The notes under the pieces were generated by a model. That model did no database searches and was not told the origin of the DNA. It saw only the letters and a program-made list of their open reading frames with translations. DNA of 63,401 nucleotides, the filler included, from Saprolegnia diclina VS20 (Eukaryota), in assembly GCF_000281045.1 (NCBI RefSeq). It is 4 parts of 2 records of this genome, joined end to end, with 100 filler letters (N's around TTAATTAATTAA, not from the genome) between each part and the next. Parts side by side here need not be neighbours in the genome. Positions count along the whole stretch, not along the records: positions 38,053 to 61,120 come from NW_008246070.1; 3 more parts are not named here. One strand, given 5' to 3'. Positions within the stretch are counted from its first letter, which is position 1; the number at the start of each line of letters is the position of its first letter. Both the position numbers and the translations under genes were made by a program. Positions 38,704 to 51,300 of the stretch are shown piece after piece.

Positions 38704-41700
38704 ATGCCACAGCTGGCTCAACGTGACGTCCGGCTGCTGCATGCGGCCACGGAGCTCCGCGCGCCGATTGAGACGTGGACGCTGCCACGCCTCTTTGCAC
38801 ACACAGCGCAGTGCCACCCGAATGCGATTGCGCTCAGCATCGCTGCGTCGGTCGACTCGGACGCAGTTGTATCATTGACGTATGCGCAGGCGCTAGCGTC
38901 GGCGACACGCATGGCGCATGTGCTCGATGGCTACCACCGCGAGACGCCGTTTGTCGTCGGTGTCTGGCTCGACAAGAGCCTCGAGCTCACGCTCGCGATC
39001 CTCGCGACGACGTTTGCGGGCGCCACGTGGCTTCCGTTCGACCCGGACGCGCCCGTAGAGCGCGTGCGGCTGTGCCTCGAGAACGCGAACGCCGCCGTCC
39101 TCCTCATGGACGATCGCCACGCATCCATGGTCTCGGCGGCGGACGTGCCGGCGTCGTGCACGCGCCTTCGCTACACCAATCTGTCGACGCTAGCGACGAG
39201 CGCGCCGACAACCGCGCTGTCGCACCCGCCGACGCCGTCGACACCAGCGTACTTCATCTACACCAGCGGCACGACAGGCACACCGAAAGGCATTTCGATC
39301 TCACACCAAGCCGCGACGCTCTTTGCGTATTCGGAGTCGTCCGTGCTCGGCCTGCGCGCAACCGATATCGTCTGGAATGGATTCTCACCTGCCTTTGACA
39401 TGTGGGTCGAGGAGACGTGGTGCGGGTTTGCGCGCGGATGCGAGCTCGCGATCGCGCTCCCCGGACAGTGGAAGGTGCATCTAATCTTTTGGCTGGCCTT
39501 TCTATACGAAGCTTTGTTGCTGTAGGACATTGGTCGTCTTGTCGATGTTTGGCACCAGCGCCGCGTCAGCGTCATCACAGCCGTGCCGACGCTCATGGCC
39601 ATGGTCTGCAGCGAAGCGTCGCTGCCACCGCTCGTGCGCCTAGTCGTAATGCGCCCATCTTTGTGAGCCCCGCGAGGACTCAATGGTTATGTGTGTGTAG
39701 AACGTGGGTGGCGAAGCGTGTCCCGCGTCTCTCGTGACCAAGTTGCACCGCGACGGCCTCGCCATCTTCAACACGTACGGGCCGACCGAGACGACCGTCA
39801 CGTGCACGTACACGCCGCTAATCCCGCACCAGGTTGTGACGATTGGCAAGCCGCTGCCGGGGTACCACGCAGCCTTGCTTGCGCTGCCCGATGAAAACAC
39901 CACACTGGCACCAACGATCGAGCTCCTCGCACTGAATGAAGGCGCGACCGGGGAGCTCGCGATCGGCGGGCCGTGCGTCGGCGACGGCTACGTCGGTCTC
40001 CCCGAGCTCACGCGGGAAAAGTTTATTGCGCACCCCGTCGTGCCCAACGAGCGGTTGTACCGGACGGGCGACCTCGTCACGATCGACGGCGCCGGCGACA
40101 TTGTGTTTCTCGGGCGTATCGACACGCAAGTCAAATACCGCGGCTTCCGCATCGAACTCGGTGAAATCGAGGACAAGCTGAGCGCACTCGACGGTGTCGC
40201 CGCGGCCGCCGTCATTCTCACCAAAGATGAGCCGCAGCGCTTGGAGGCCTACGTCGTCTTGCGCGAGGCGAGCGCCGTGAGCAGTCTCCGCGCACGCTTG
40301 ACGCGTACGTCGCTCATGGCCTACATGATACCCGACGCCTTTGTGGCCCTCGCATCCGGAGAGATGCCGCGGCTGCTCAGCGGCAAGATCGACAAGAAGC
40401 AGCTCCAAGTGCTCTCTCGCCAACGCCGACAAGTCGATGCAGCACCCATGTCGTCGGGCCCTATGTCGTTTCCAACGTCGCTCGAGTTTGTGCTACACGT
40501 GTGGCGCGCGGCCTTTCCTGACGTTGCCGTCGACGCTTCTTCGGACCTTTTTACGGACCTTGGCGCCCACTCGATGCTCGTGGCGCAGCTCGTGAGCGCC
40601 CTCCGCGGTGGCCATCCGTCGCTGCTGCTCAATCCGCTCGCGTCCGTCGGTCTCGTGGACCTCTACACGCTGCGGACACCGGATGCGATCGCCGCCAAGT
40701 ACCCAATGGCGTGCGCGGTGCCCGACGTGGTCTCGGACCGCCCCGCGTTTCGCGTTGTGCCGGTGTGGCGCCACACGCTCTGCGGCCTCGTTCAGCTACC
40801 GCTCTTGGTTGTGCTCTACTTTTACTACGCGCTGACCATCTTGGGGCCGTTCGTCGTATCCGACTACTACTATGCAACCACGCAGCGCTTTGGCGTCTCG
40901 ATGCTGAGTCTCTACGCCGCGTATGCACTTGCACCGTGGATCGTTTTGCTCTCGGTGGTCGTGGCCAAGTGGACGCTCTTGGGCCGCGTGGCGCCGGGTG
41001 CGTACCCGGTGTGGGGCAGCTTTTACGTGCGCTGGTGGTTTGTCGGCCGCCTCATCAAGCTCGCGGACCTCCGGCTCCTTGGCGACACGTACTGGCTTGC
41101 GCTGTGGTACCGCTGTCTCGGCGCGCACATTGGCCACCACGTGCATCTCGATGTGCTCAATCTCGTGGCTTGTGACTTGCTCTACATTGGGGACCACGCG
41201 ACGCTCGGGAAGCAGGTGCTCTTGAGCGCCGAGTACGTCGACAATGGCGTGCTGCACCTCGGCCCCATTCGCATCGGCGCCAACGCTGTCGTTGGCACGT
41301 CGGTGACGATTGAAGCCAACGTGCTCATCGAAGATGGCGCGGTCGTCGAGAGCATGGCGGGTGTCGTCACGGGCACCGTTGTGCCAGCGCGGCAGATCGT
41401 CGCCGGGTCGCCCGCAACTGTTATCGGTACCGCCGACGACTGGACGCTCTCGGACATTCCGTCGCCGGTCCGCACATTTGTGGTGCGCAGCGGCCATTTG
41501 TTGGCGTTTGGGTTTCTGCTTCCGGCCATGAACACGCTGCCGCTGGCGCCCGTCTTGTACCTCTTCAACGTCCCGTTCTTCCCAGAGGATACGCCGATCG
41601 TAGCGCAGATGCTCGGGCTTGCAGGTCTCGTCGGTGTCGGGTACGTATGCACGGTCACGGCGCTCTTGGTTGTGACCAAATGGCTCTTGCTCGGCAAGGT

Positions 41701-42991
41701 GCAGCCGGGCACCTACCACACGTACTCGTGGTTTGGCGTCCGCAAATGGTTTGTCGACGGCCTCATGGACCTCTCGCTTGACACGATTCATACACTGTAT
41801 GCGACAGTGTACGCGTCGCTGCTCTTGCGGCTGCTGGGCGCGTCGGTCGGTGCGCGGACGGAAATCTCCACCGCGCGCCACATGACACCGGACCTCGTTT
41901 ACATTGGCCGCGAGTGCTTCATCGCGGACAACGTCCTCCTCGGCGACGACGAGACGCGGGGCTACACCATGACGCTGGCCGCGACCATCGTTCATGATCG
42001 AGCGTTTGTCGGCAACGACTCGGTGATTCCGCAAGGCTCGATCGTGCCGTCCGATTCACTTGTCGGCGCCTTCTCACTGCCCTTGCCCGACCTTGAAGCG
42101 GGCCAGAGCTGCTTTGGGCTGCCGCCGATCCTAATGCCGTCTCGGACAACGACCGACTCGTTTGACGCGGCGCTCTTGTACCACCCGTCGCGAATGCGCC
42201 GCTTTGGCCGCCTCGTCGTCGAGACTCTCCGCGTGTGGTTTCCGCCGGCGCTAGTCTGCCTTGGTATTGGCACATCGACGCAGCTCTTGTTGCAGCAGTA
42301 CCCTCTCCACTCGGACGACGGTGGGTCGCTGGCCAACGTCTTGTATCTACTTTTGGCGTCGCCGTTCTACTACATTGGTTGCATCGTGCTGCCAAGCGTG
42401 TCGATCTTGCTCGCCCTCAAGTGGAGCATCATTGGCCGGTACGAAGCGGCGCTCCTCCCCATGTACTGCTTTGGCGTCTGGTCGACCGAGTTTATCACGG
42501 GCGTCCTCGAGCATCTCAGTGTGTTTGTGCTACTGCCGCTTGTCGGCACGCCGTTGCTGCCGTGGATTTACCAAGCGTTTGGCGCGACCATTGGCGCCCG
42601 CTGCTTTCTGGGCTCGGTCGACATTCCCGAGTTTGATATGCTCCGGTTTGGCGACGACGTAGCCATCAACGAGAGCAGCTTTCCGCAAACCCACTTGTTT
42701 GAAGACCGGATCATGAAGATTGGCCCCACGACGCTCGGCCATCGGTCGACCATGCGCATGTTTTCGACGCTCTTTCCCGACGCATCGATGGGCGACGACA
42801 CGACGCTCGCGTGCAACAGCGTCGTCATGAAGGGCGAGCGGCTCTCGGGCGGCAACATCTGGACCGGCTTTCCGGTGTCGATTGCGCCGCCGTCACCGTC
42901 GCTCGTGACGGTCCTTGTGGACGATACGTTCGAATTGTTGGAGAAGAAGGAATCGACGCCCACGGCCGACGATCCGCTCTTGGAGGCATAG
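38704..42991 (+). CDS. Single-module membrane NRPS-like enzyme, Pls/PosA (poly-amino-acid synthetase) architecture: A-T-(TM+beta-helix)x3; exons 38704-39474, 39526-39645, 39701-42991 (about 1393 aa)
   Basis: A-domain motifs YFIYTSGTTGTPKG, AFDMWVEE, NTYGPTE, GELAIGG, LYRTGDL, GRIDTQVKYRGFRIELGEIE, PRLLSGKIDKK; carrier motif DLGAHS (Ser codon 40571-40573); three 'TM-KW.L.G...G.Y...W' units each followed by hexapeptide-like repeats; terminal QTHLFEDRIMK. Two frame-preserving GT-AG introns. Confidence 0.9.
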
Positions 42992-43535
42992 CTAAAATAT
43001 GAATGTTTTGTGCTGTTGAATCATGTATTTTGGCGAGATGACATGTGGAATATGCTGTCGTGTGGGCGATGCAGGCAGGTTCCCACAACAACGGCTCGAC
43101 CAATCCCGCCGATCGCAATGCGTTTGGCCAACTAATGAAGCTTATGCCTCAACATGGGTTCTTGGCCCTTGACGTGGGCTTGACGCGGAAAGAACCGACC
43201 CGAGTGGAGCCTTGGCCAGGACTCGGCTTTTATGTACGGGCTGCGATCGTGCTTCTCTACGACACTCTCGGGCTACGTCGACGACCTTTGTCCTCCACGA
43301 GACCGAGGCTGCTCCCTCGTTCAAGGTGCGGCGGCAAAATGCCAAGCTCGCGCACGGCAGCGATCGATGCACCGCACGCGGCCACGGACGCCGTTGCGGG
43401 CGTATACGTTCGACTGGCCTAAGGCCCATGCTGTCCGCATACCTCGACGCTACAGCTCGCAAATGCAATAGGGGTAGGGTAATCAACATTTGACGTTGGC
43501 TGTGCGAAATGATATCGGTCGAGGTGGCGATGACC

Positions 43536-44869
43536 TCAGTAAAAGACACTGAGCGTGCGGTGGTGGAAGGGCAGCGCTTCCTTGGCGTTCTCGCCAATCT
43601 GCCAGAGAAGCCAGTCGAGCTCAATGACCTTGATGCGGTGGCCCTTGGCTACGAGCGCCGCGTGGAGCATCTCGACGGCTTGGATCGTGCACGCGCGAAT
43701 TTCAATTTCCATCTATTTGAGTTTGGGTGGGGCGGCCGAGGACCTTGACGAGCTTACGTGCGAGCCAAAGGGGATCTGCTGCTTGGCCTGGATGATGGCT
43801 TCGAGCGCCGGCGTGTACTCCAAAACACCTTCGGGGCGCAGCACTTGGGGCACGCGGTAGTCGGCTACGCTCGCACGTTAGTTTCGACTGCAGAGTATTA
43901 CACCAAAGACGGTGTACCAAACATCGTCAAGCGCTCAATGTCGTAAAAACCGCAAATAGTGTGCGTCGACGGGTCGTTCTGGACGACCACACGGCGACCG
44001 TACGCGGCCCAGACATCGCCGACGAGGATCTGGACGCGCTTGTAGAGAAACACTTGGCTGCCCTTGTAGACAGCGTGGTCCCGGAAGCCTGCGCCGAGTC
44101 ATCGCACCGCGTCATGGACAGGCAGGACGGTACCCGGGAAATGCGCCAAAACGAGGAGCAGCACTTCGACGGCCGAGTATTGCGCTTGCCGAATGAGGTT
44201 GATGGCCTTGCCATCAAAGAAGCGGGCGAGACCAGCACCGAGTTCGCGGACCTTGCGCACCTGCAGGAGAACGTCGGCATCTCGAAAGAAGAGTCGGCAC
44301 GACGCACCCGCTCATCGAGCTGCGGCGGCGAAAACGGCGCAAACCACGAGGCGACGGTCGCCGCGTCGACGGTCGCGAGGCGGTTGGCGTCAAAGATCGT
44401 GGCGTCGGCCGTCAGCGCCTGCTTGAGACCCCGCGCCAAGTGCTCGTACTCCATGCTACAGCGCATGGATGAGCCTCATGTGTCTACTGCGCATTCGAGA
44501 GAGGTCGTACTCGGGCGTCGGCCAGAAACAAAAGTTGAGCGCGTCTAGGACAAACACGTATTGGCACGTGAGCGGCCCGTTGCGGGCAGCGTCGTCAAAG
44601 TAGTGGACGTCGCCAAAGTCCCACGCAATCTGGTCGTGGATCGCGTCCTTCTGCCCGAGGTACACGGCTTCCTAAAAGACCATGAGGCCGTGACAAGGCC
44701 GCGATGATGTCGTCGCACCAGCTTCTCGGTCAAGGCCGCAATGCCAGCAGGGCTAATCTTGACGTGATCGGCCTCGGCGACAACGCTGATCGCATCCATG
44801 AGCCATCGCACGCAGGCGCGCAAGCACGTACCGGGCGGTGCTCTCACGGACGTACGTCGTCGGGTCCAT
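43536..44869 (-). CDS. QNG1: Queuosine salvage protein / queuosine 5'-phosphate N-glycosylase (QNG1, DUF2419), multi-exon
   Basis: Spliced 'MDPTTYVRESTAR|VVAEADHVKI', 'QYVFVLDALNFCFWP', 'EYEHLA.GLK', 'FYKRVQILVGDVW', 'EIEIRA', C-terminal 'PFHHRTLSVFY*'. Confidence 0.85.
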
Positions 44870-45361
44870 CGCTTCTTCGGTTGGGTTCAACTGCAAAGTT
44901 GCTCAAGGTGGCATGCAAATTAAAGGTGGCATATTGATGCCGAAAATAAGACCCACAGGCAACCAACTGGCGCCCAAGCAGACAGCCGGACGAGCACACC
45001 CTCTCTCAGCAGGTGCTGTTCGTCACCGAGTCGAAGAGACGTTGCAGATGGGTGTTGGTGATGACCGCATTCGCGCCTCGTGGTCGCGTGGTGCCGAAAA
45101 TAACAGCCCGATGCCACCTTCAAATGTCCTGTTTTTACTGCTTTCGGGCGTCAAATCCTGATTAAAGCGTGTGGGGTGCGCAGCCTATGTCTCTGCGTGC
45201 GAGAAGTACGCGGTTGTACGTTTAAGCTTGTTGTTTGTATAGATGTACGTTGTACGGTAATGTACGCAGTTGTATGAAAACAGGCTGTGGGTATGAAATT
45301 CGGCCAAAAGCCGAATCTTTCGCGGTTCGATTTGTTGATTTTCTGTGAAGACGGCAGCAGC

Positions 45362-47998
45362 ATGGCAAGTCGTGAAGTGCTCTCGGAGGCGACGAGCATC
45401 CATGAGGGCCCGGTGCCCACATACCTCCTCGACCAGATCGCCGGTGCGACGTCGCGCCCATCACTGCCCGCGCTTACGCCGCCTGCGTAGGCCAAGTGGG
45501 CGCCCACGACGGCTCGGGCGAGAAGGTGGCGGATTTTCTCCTCGGGCGCATGAACAAGAGCAACGCGAACGTGCGCCTCAAGGCGTTGCAAATCATCAGC
45601 GTACGTGCCGTGACATCGTCCTCAGAGGCTCACGCGGTCGCTAGCATTGCCTCAAGTGCAACAACCAAGGCTTTCTCAACGTCGTCCGCGAAGACGAAGA
45701 AGACATCCAGCAGCTTGCGAGTACGTCTCTACGCGACAAGAGAAACGATGCGACCTCGTGTAGATGGCCCATTGGACCCGTCCATTGGCGATGAAAAGAC
45801 CCGCCGTATTCGAACGACTGCCCAGGTACAGCGTTTTGCCCAGGACCGAGCACGGTCTGACCGAACATATGCAGGAGATCCTCACGTTCTTGAACGGCGG
45901 CGCGGCCCCGAGTGGCAGCCCCATGACGCAGAGCCCGCAGCCAGGCTACGGTGCCAACCGATCGTCGCAGTACGGAGGGTATGGCGGTCCGCCGCAGGGG
46001 TATGGTCAACAAGCCGCGCCTGTGTGGGGCAACAGCAACAGCAGCAACAGCAGCAACAGCAATGGTCCTAGCTACGGCGGCAGCCAGTACCCGACACCTG
46101 GTCAGCCGGCCCCATATGGAAACCAAGCGCCTGGGCAGTATGACCAGCGCCCGGCACCGTACAGGGATTCGAGCCAAGGTGCCAGCCCGTACCGCGAGCC
46201 GTACCCGTCCTCCGGGCAGCAGACGTGGGGCAACAACGGTGCGGCACCGGCGCAGCAGCGACCTTCCTTTGGCGGTGGCGCGACCACGACAACGTGGGGC
46301 GCCTCAAACGCCAGTGCTCCTACTGTGCCGCAGTACGGCCAGCCGACTCCTCCCCAGTATGGCCAGCCGACTCCGCCTCAGTATGGCCAGCCGACTCCGC
46401 CTCAGTATGGCCAGCCGACTCCGCCTCAGTATGGCCAACCGACTCCGCCTCAGTATGGCCAGCCGACTCCGCCGGCGTACGGACATCGCTCCAGCACGTC
46501 GAGTTCAATTGGTGACGGCGCGGCTTCGGTCTCGGGCAACGCGTCCGGTGTCTGGGGCAAAGGCGGCTTTGAGCGACGCGAGTCACAGGCCAACGGTGCG
46601 TCTTGCTCCTTCTCACGTTGTGCGGTCGTGGACGATGGGGCATTGTAGATCCCAACAACATTCGATGGAGCAGCTCCCGGGACAACCGCCCGACAGTCCT
46701 TGTCGGTGCCAAGAGCTCGATGTTTGGCCCAACGCGGTCGATGCCGTCGGTTGGCAACCCGATGATGCAGGGCAGCGGTCTCTCGGGCATCGGCGTCGGT
46801 ATGGGCGTCGGTGGCATGAGTGCGCCGCCCGCCCCGTTTGCGTCGTCTGGCCCGCGCCTCCCGACCTCGAGCCTCCCGGTGCAAGACAAGCCGTCCACTG
46901 CATTTAGCCAAAAGCTCGATGTCATCAAGAAGAAGGGCATGGGCGTCATGTACCGCCCATCTTGTCCTATGGGCATATATGGATTATTGTGTGTATAGAG
47001 ACATGTGGGACCGCCGCAACATGGACAAGGAGATGGCGTCGTCCTTGGCCGAGCACGACGACTACGTGCAAACTGACATTCGCGCGATGGACCGGGGTGC
47101 CACGTACAACCCGGGTGTGACCATGGGCAGCTCGGACAAGAGCGGGTACATTGAGTAACACATGACGATCGTATGATGCGACTGCGCGTACTAGCGACTA
47201 TGAACGCACGTTGATTGACGACTTGTGCCCGCCGGGCGGTCTCGCGCGCGCGCCGCCGTCGGAAAACCTCAAGCGCTTTGTCGACTTGGCCAAGACGCTC
47301 GACATCCACACGATCGGCGAGCTCCTCCTCGACAAACTCGAGGACAATTCGTGGATGGTGCGTCTCAAGGGCCTCTGCGTCTGGGAAGCGCTGCTTGATG
47401 CGCCCGGCTGCTCCCACTATGGCGACTGGCTCGAAGAAAACATTGAGCTCGTCCAGCACGTACGTTTGGTTTCTTTTTGTGCTGCAGTGGACGAACGGCG
47501 GCATGTAGCTCACGCAAGATCGCAAGTCGCATGTCGCGATCAAGGCCAAGCAAGTGCTCACGCTCCTTGGGATTGATGTCGGCGACCTTTCGGCGGCCGC
47601 ACCCAAGCAGTCGCCGGCGCGCGCGTCCCGCCCATCGGCCGAAGTCGACATTCTCGGACTTGGCATGGGCGGTCTCTCGGTCGAGACGGCGCCAATGCAG
47701 TCGCCCGTCCAACCGCCGCCTGTTGCGGCGACGCCACCACCGATGGTGACACAGGTCTAGAGACGAGTGGGCTCTGTACAGGCTGACGCTTATCGCGTAG
47801 AACCTCTTGAGCTTTTCGCCGCCAATGCAGCCGACGCCGGCTCCGGCCATCGTGCCGCCGTTGATGGCCACACTGCCGCCAGACGCTACCCGGTCGCTGA
47901 GCGACTTTGGAAAGGACCTTTTTACCCTCGCCAACTCACCGCGCGCACAGCAAGCGGCGACGCCGAGCGGCGAAAAGTCGGCCTTTTCGTTCATGTAG
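45362..47998 (+). CDS. Tepsin-like AP-4 accessory protein (ENTH + VHS-like domains), multi-exon
   Basis: N-terminal 'ATS..E.PVPTYLLDQIA...VRLKALQII'; second domain 'LIDDLCPPGG..RAPP...W.VRLKGLC..EAL'; C-terminal 'KSAFSFM*'. Confidence 0.75.
46331..46474 (+). repeat. Coding minisatellite: 6 x 24-nt unit encoding QYGQPTPP
   Basis: CAGTAYGGCCARCCGACTCCKCCN repeated six times in frame. Confidence 0.95.
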
Positions 47999-48376
47999 AT
48001 TCCCTAACCCTTTCCGACAACAGCGTCGTCTACTATGTTTTCCAGTACTTTTCAAAACACAACTTTGCCATGTGTGTCGACTGCACCAAGTGCACAGCTC
48101 CGGTCGTTCGGTGCGCCGGTTCGTGACACCGCCTCCGTCACTACGTTCTCTCCAAGACCGCAGACTCTACGGTGCTCCGACTCGCGACGCTGTAATCAAG
48201 AAGATGTATCTCCTTGCAGTACAGTAGCTAACAGAGCGCGTCGCCAAGCGCATTCAGGAATCTATATCGTCCACACGTGACCCGCCGCCAGCGCCGATCA
48301 CCAGGGGTAGGGTAGGGTTGGGGATTTGAAAAAAATAAACAACAAAGCATTTAAAGTTATCTCAGGTGAGGGTATC

Positions 48377-51300
48377 CTAGGTGTCTGCAAGCGGCAAGGG
48401 CAGTGCACGCGCGCGGTGGTCGGTGCAGGTCGGTGGTGGAAGCACGTGGAGGCGCCACTTTTTAATATCGAGCACATAGAGCGCGTCGCGATAGCGCACA
48501 CTGAGGAGGCCCGCGATCGTGGCCGACGCCGAGTCGAGGTAGTAGATGTCGCCTTCGAGCCATTGGGCGGCGTTAAAGTGGTAGTGGGCCGACGCATAGA
48601 GCAGCTGCGACTGGATCGATGGCGGTGGCACCTCCCGACACCGCATACGCTGGAGCAGATACGTGCCAAGAATGAGGCCATTCGTGACCCCAAAGAGCCC
48701 GAAAAACCGCGCTGCACTGCCGATCGCGACGACACCGCTTTCGCACACGAGCTGCGCGTCGACGGCGGGTACGTCGCAGCGGCGGTCGATCGCAGCGGCG
48801 TGCGTCACGGGCGATACGAGGCTCCATACCGCGACGCTCGCCCACACGAGGAGGCTGCTCGGACCAGCATACAGTGGCGTGTACTCGCGCGTGTAGAGCG
48901 ACGCTAGGTCGTTGAGGAGGAAGACGACCCACGTGGCTTCGCCGCCAGCCATGATCGTCGCGGGCCAGCTCGGCTGCAAAGCGCGAAAAAAGTAGAACCC
49001 GAGATGATCACTCTCAACGTCGAGCCGCGCCGTCGAGAGGAGGCAGAGCGCCGAGACGCTGCGCAAGAGCAGCAGCGGCCGGCCGATCCAGACAAGACCG
49101 GTGACGCGGTTGATGGCAAAGAGGTTGAAGCCGTGGACGCAGCCGCGGCTCCAGAGCACATGCCCGCCCGTGAGAAGCGCCACGAGCACGAGGACGCTGG
49201 TGACGTACAAGAGGACGTAGCGCGCGTATTTTGCAACGTTTGTGGGCACTTCGAGCGCGTTGACGGGCCCGACAAGCACGGGATTCCCGGCCGAGAGCGT
49301 GACGATTCGGCCGTGGCTGCCCTCAAACGACACGACTTCGCGTACGCCACGCAGCCATTCGAGGAGGTAGAGGAACCCAAACACGTGGAAGGAAGGGTCG
49401 TGCTCTGGAAACAGCGGGGATTGCTGGAGCAGGATCGAAGAGCTATTGGCGTCTTGCATGTACTGGACGAGGCGCAATTGCTGCACCGTGTCGTCATCGT
49501 AGACCGCGGTGACCAAGGACTGGAGTGTCTCGTTGTGTGGCAGTAGTAGCACTTGTAGCAGCTGCGTAGTCGAGACAAGGAGGCTCAAACACGCAGACGA
49601 TGACCCCCACATATGGTCGCACGCGGCCGTCGCGTTGAGTTTGTCGGTGGAGACCAGCGATTGCGTCGCGCTTATCGCATCAAAGACGATCGAGTCTTGG
49701 TTGTTGCTCGAACAGACACCGGCGTTGGAGAAGAACTGCAGCACGAACGTCGCCGATGTGCTCTGCCTTTGGCACATGAGGTCGCCGCCGACAGACTCCA
49801 AAGTCGCCCACTCGGTCGGTCGCGGGAAGAGCGAGACCGACGGGGCAATCTGAGCAAATGCGGTACGTGCGTCAACGCTGGCGGTGGCGAGGCTCGTCAC
49901 GATGGCTGCTCGAACCTCCACATACCACGTTTGCAGCGCGATTGGAAAGGCGACTCGGCGCAAATCAATGGTGCCAAAGGGCCCCACCGCGGCTTCCAGG
50001 GCTGCCAGCGCCGGGTCGAGTGGCGCCACGAGCGTCAAATTGCGCGTGAGCACGGACGCGATGGTTGTGTTGCCAAAGGCAAACATCGCACTCTCTCGTA
50101 GAAGACTCGAGCCTCCAATGCCCGAGACGTTGGCCGTCACCGCCCAGAGGTAGCTCGCGAGCGGCCACTGCATTTTGAAGGACGTTTGCTTGGCCGTGTG
50201 GAGGGACGCGTTCGACGCACGCAGCGAGATGGCATAGCGCGAGTTCAGCGCCGTTGCGATCGCAAACGATTCAAACACACCGAGTTGCTTGTAGTTTTGC
50301 CACTGAGTCTCGTACGCTCGAACGCCGTGCTGGCGCCAATAGCTCACTTCACCGTCGATTGAAAGGCGCGGTGCGCCGAGCGTTGCGAGCCAGTCGCGAC
50401 CGGATGCACTCGTCAAAAGGTGCGCTTCGATCCCGATGACAAAGCCGGGATACCACCACGCGTGCGAGAAGGCCACATTGCGCAGTAGCGGCTCGAAGTA
50501 GACAGCGCCATTCGAGGCATTGCACTGCGCCTGGCGCGTCGACGAGACGGCCATGGTCCACGACCGGCTGAGGTCAAGAAAGCAGTAGCTTGTTGCGATC
50601 CACGGCGCGTCACTGCTCTCCATGTGGCGAAGACCCCGCACGACAGCCGGCAGGCTGTTGACTTCGCTTTGGAGCATGCTGGCGTACAAGTTGGAGACTA
50701 CGGTTGTTGTATCCGTGAGGTTGTAGCGGTTGGCGTTGTCGCGGTATCGACTCTCCGTGAGGTCGACGCCCGCGACCGAATTGGTCACTTGAAGCTGTTG
50801 GACAAACCAGTTTGCGAGCAGCGTCTGGTGCCCCGTCGCGTTGAAGCCCGCCCACCAGAGATCGTTGGCGAGCGCGGTCTCGGAGACGTAAATGTAGCTG
50901 CAGCTGCCGACGACGGAAAACACAACGTAGAGGAACCCAGCACTGGCTTTGAGCACAAGGCGATGTGGCACCTTGAGTGGAAGATGCCGGGTCGTCAGCT
51001 TCGTCTGCAATCGCGGCCCAGCATGGAAGCCAACGCGGAGCCAGAGACTCATGTCGACAAAGCCGCGCCGAAGCGGAAGCAGTCCCGACATGATCGCACC
51101 CACAGGATCCAAGTGCCCGGCGGTACCATGAACGAACGCATCGGCGGACGCAGCCACGAGCGGACCAGGCTCGCTCCGAGGGTCGTCATTGGTCGTATGC
51201 ATCCACAGCGCCGGCAAGAGCACGGCGAGGACGTTGGCTGCCAAGAGGTCATAGAAGCGGGTCGCGCTTCCCACTTCGATGCGGCCACCGGTGCATGTGG

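Noticed and set aside
38704..42991. Bacterial contamination or alpha-aminoadipate reductase (Lys2) as the explanation for the NRPS-like gene
   Set aside because: Spliceosomal introns and contiguity with eukaryotic genes argue against contamination; the C-terminus is TM/beta-helix repeats, not an NAD(P)H reductase domain.
46331..46474. Regular 24-nt repeats as a possible CRISPR array
   Set aside because: No unique spacers, in-frame coding repeat, no cas genes, eukaryotic context.
37411..47998. Biosynthetic gene cluster around the Pls-like NRPS
   Set aside because: Neighbours are housekeeping genes (QNG1, tepsin) or lie across a gap; no PPTase, peptidase, diamino-acid synthesis or tailoring gene is visible, so the enzyme appears stand-alone.
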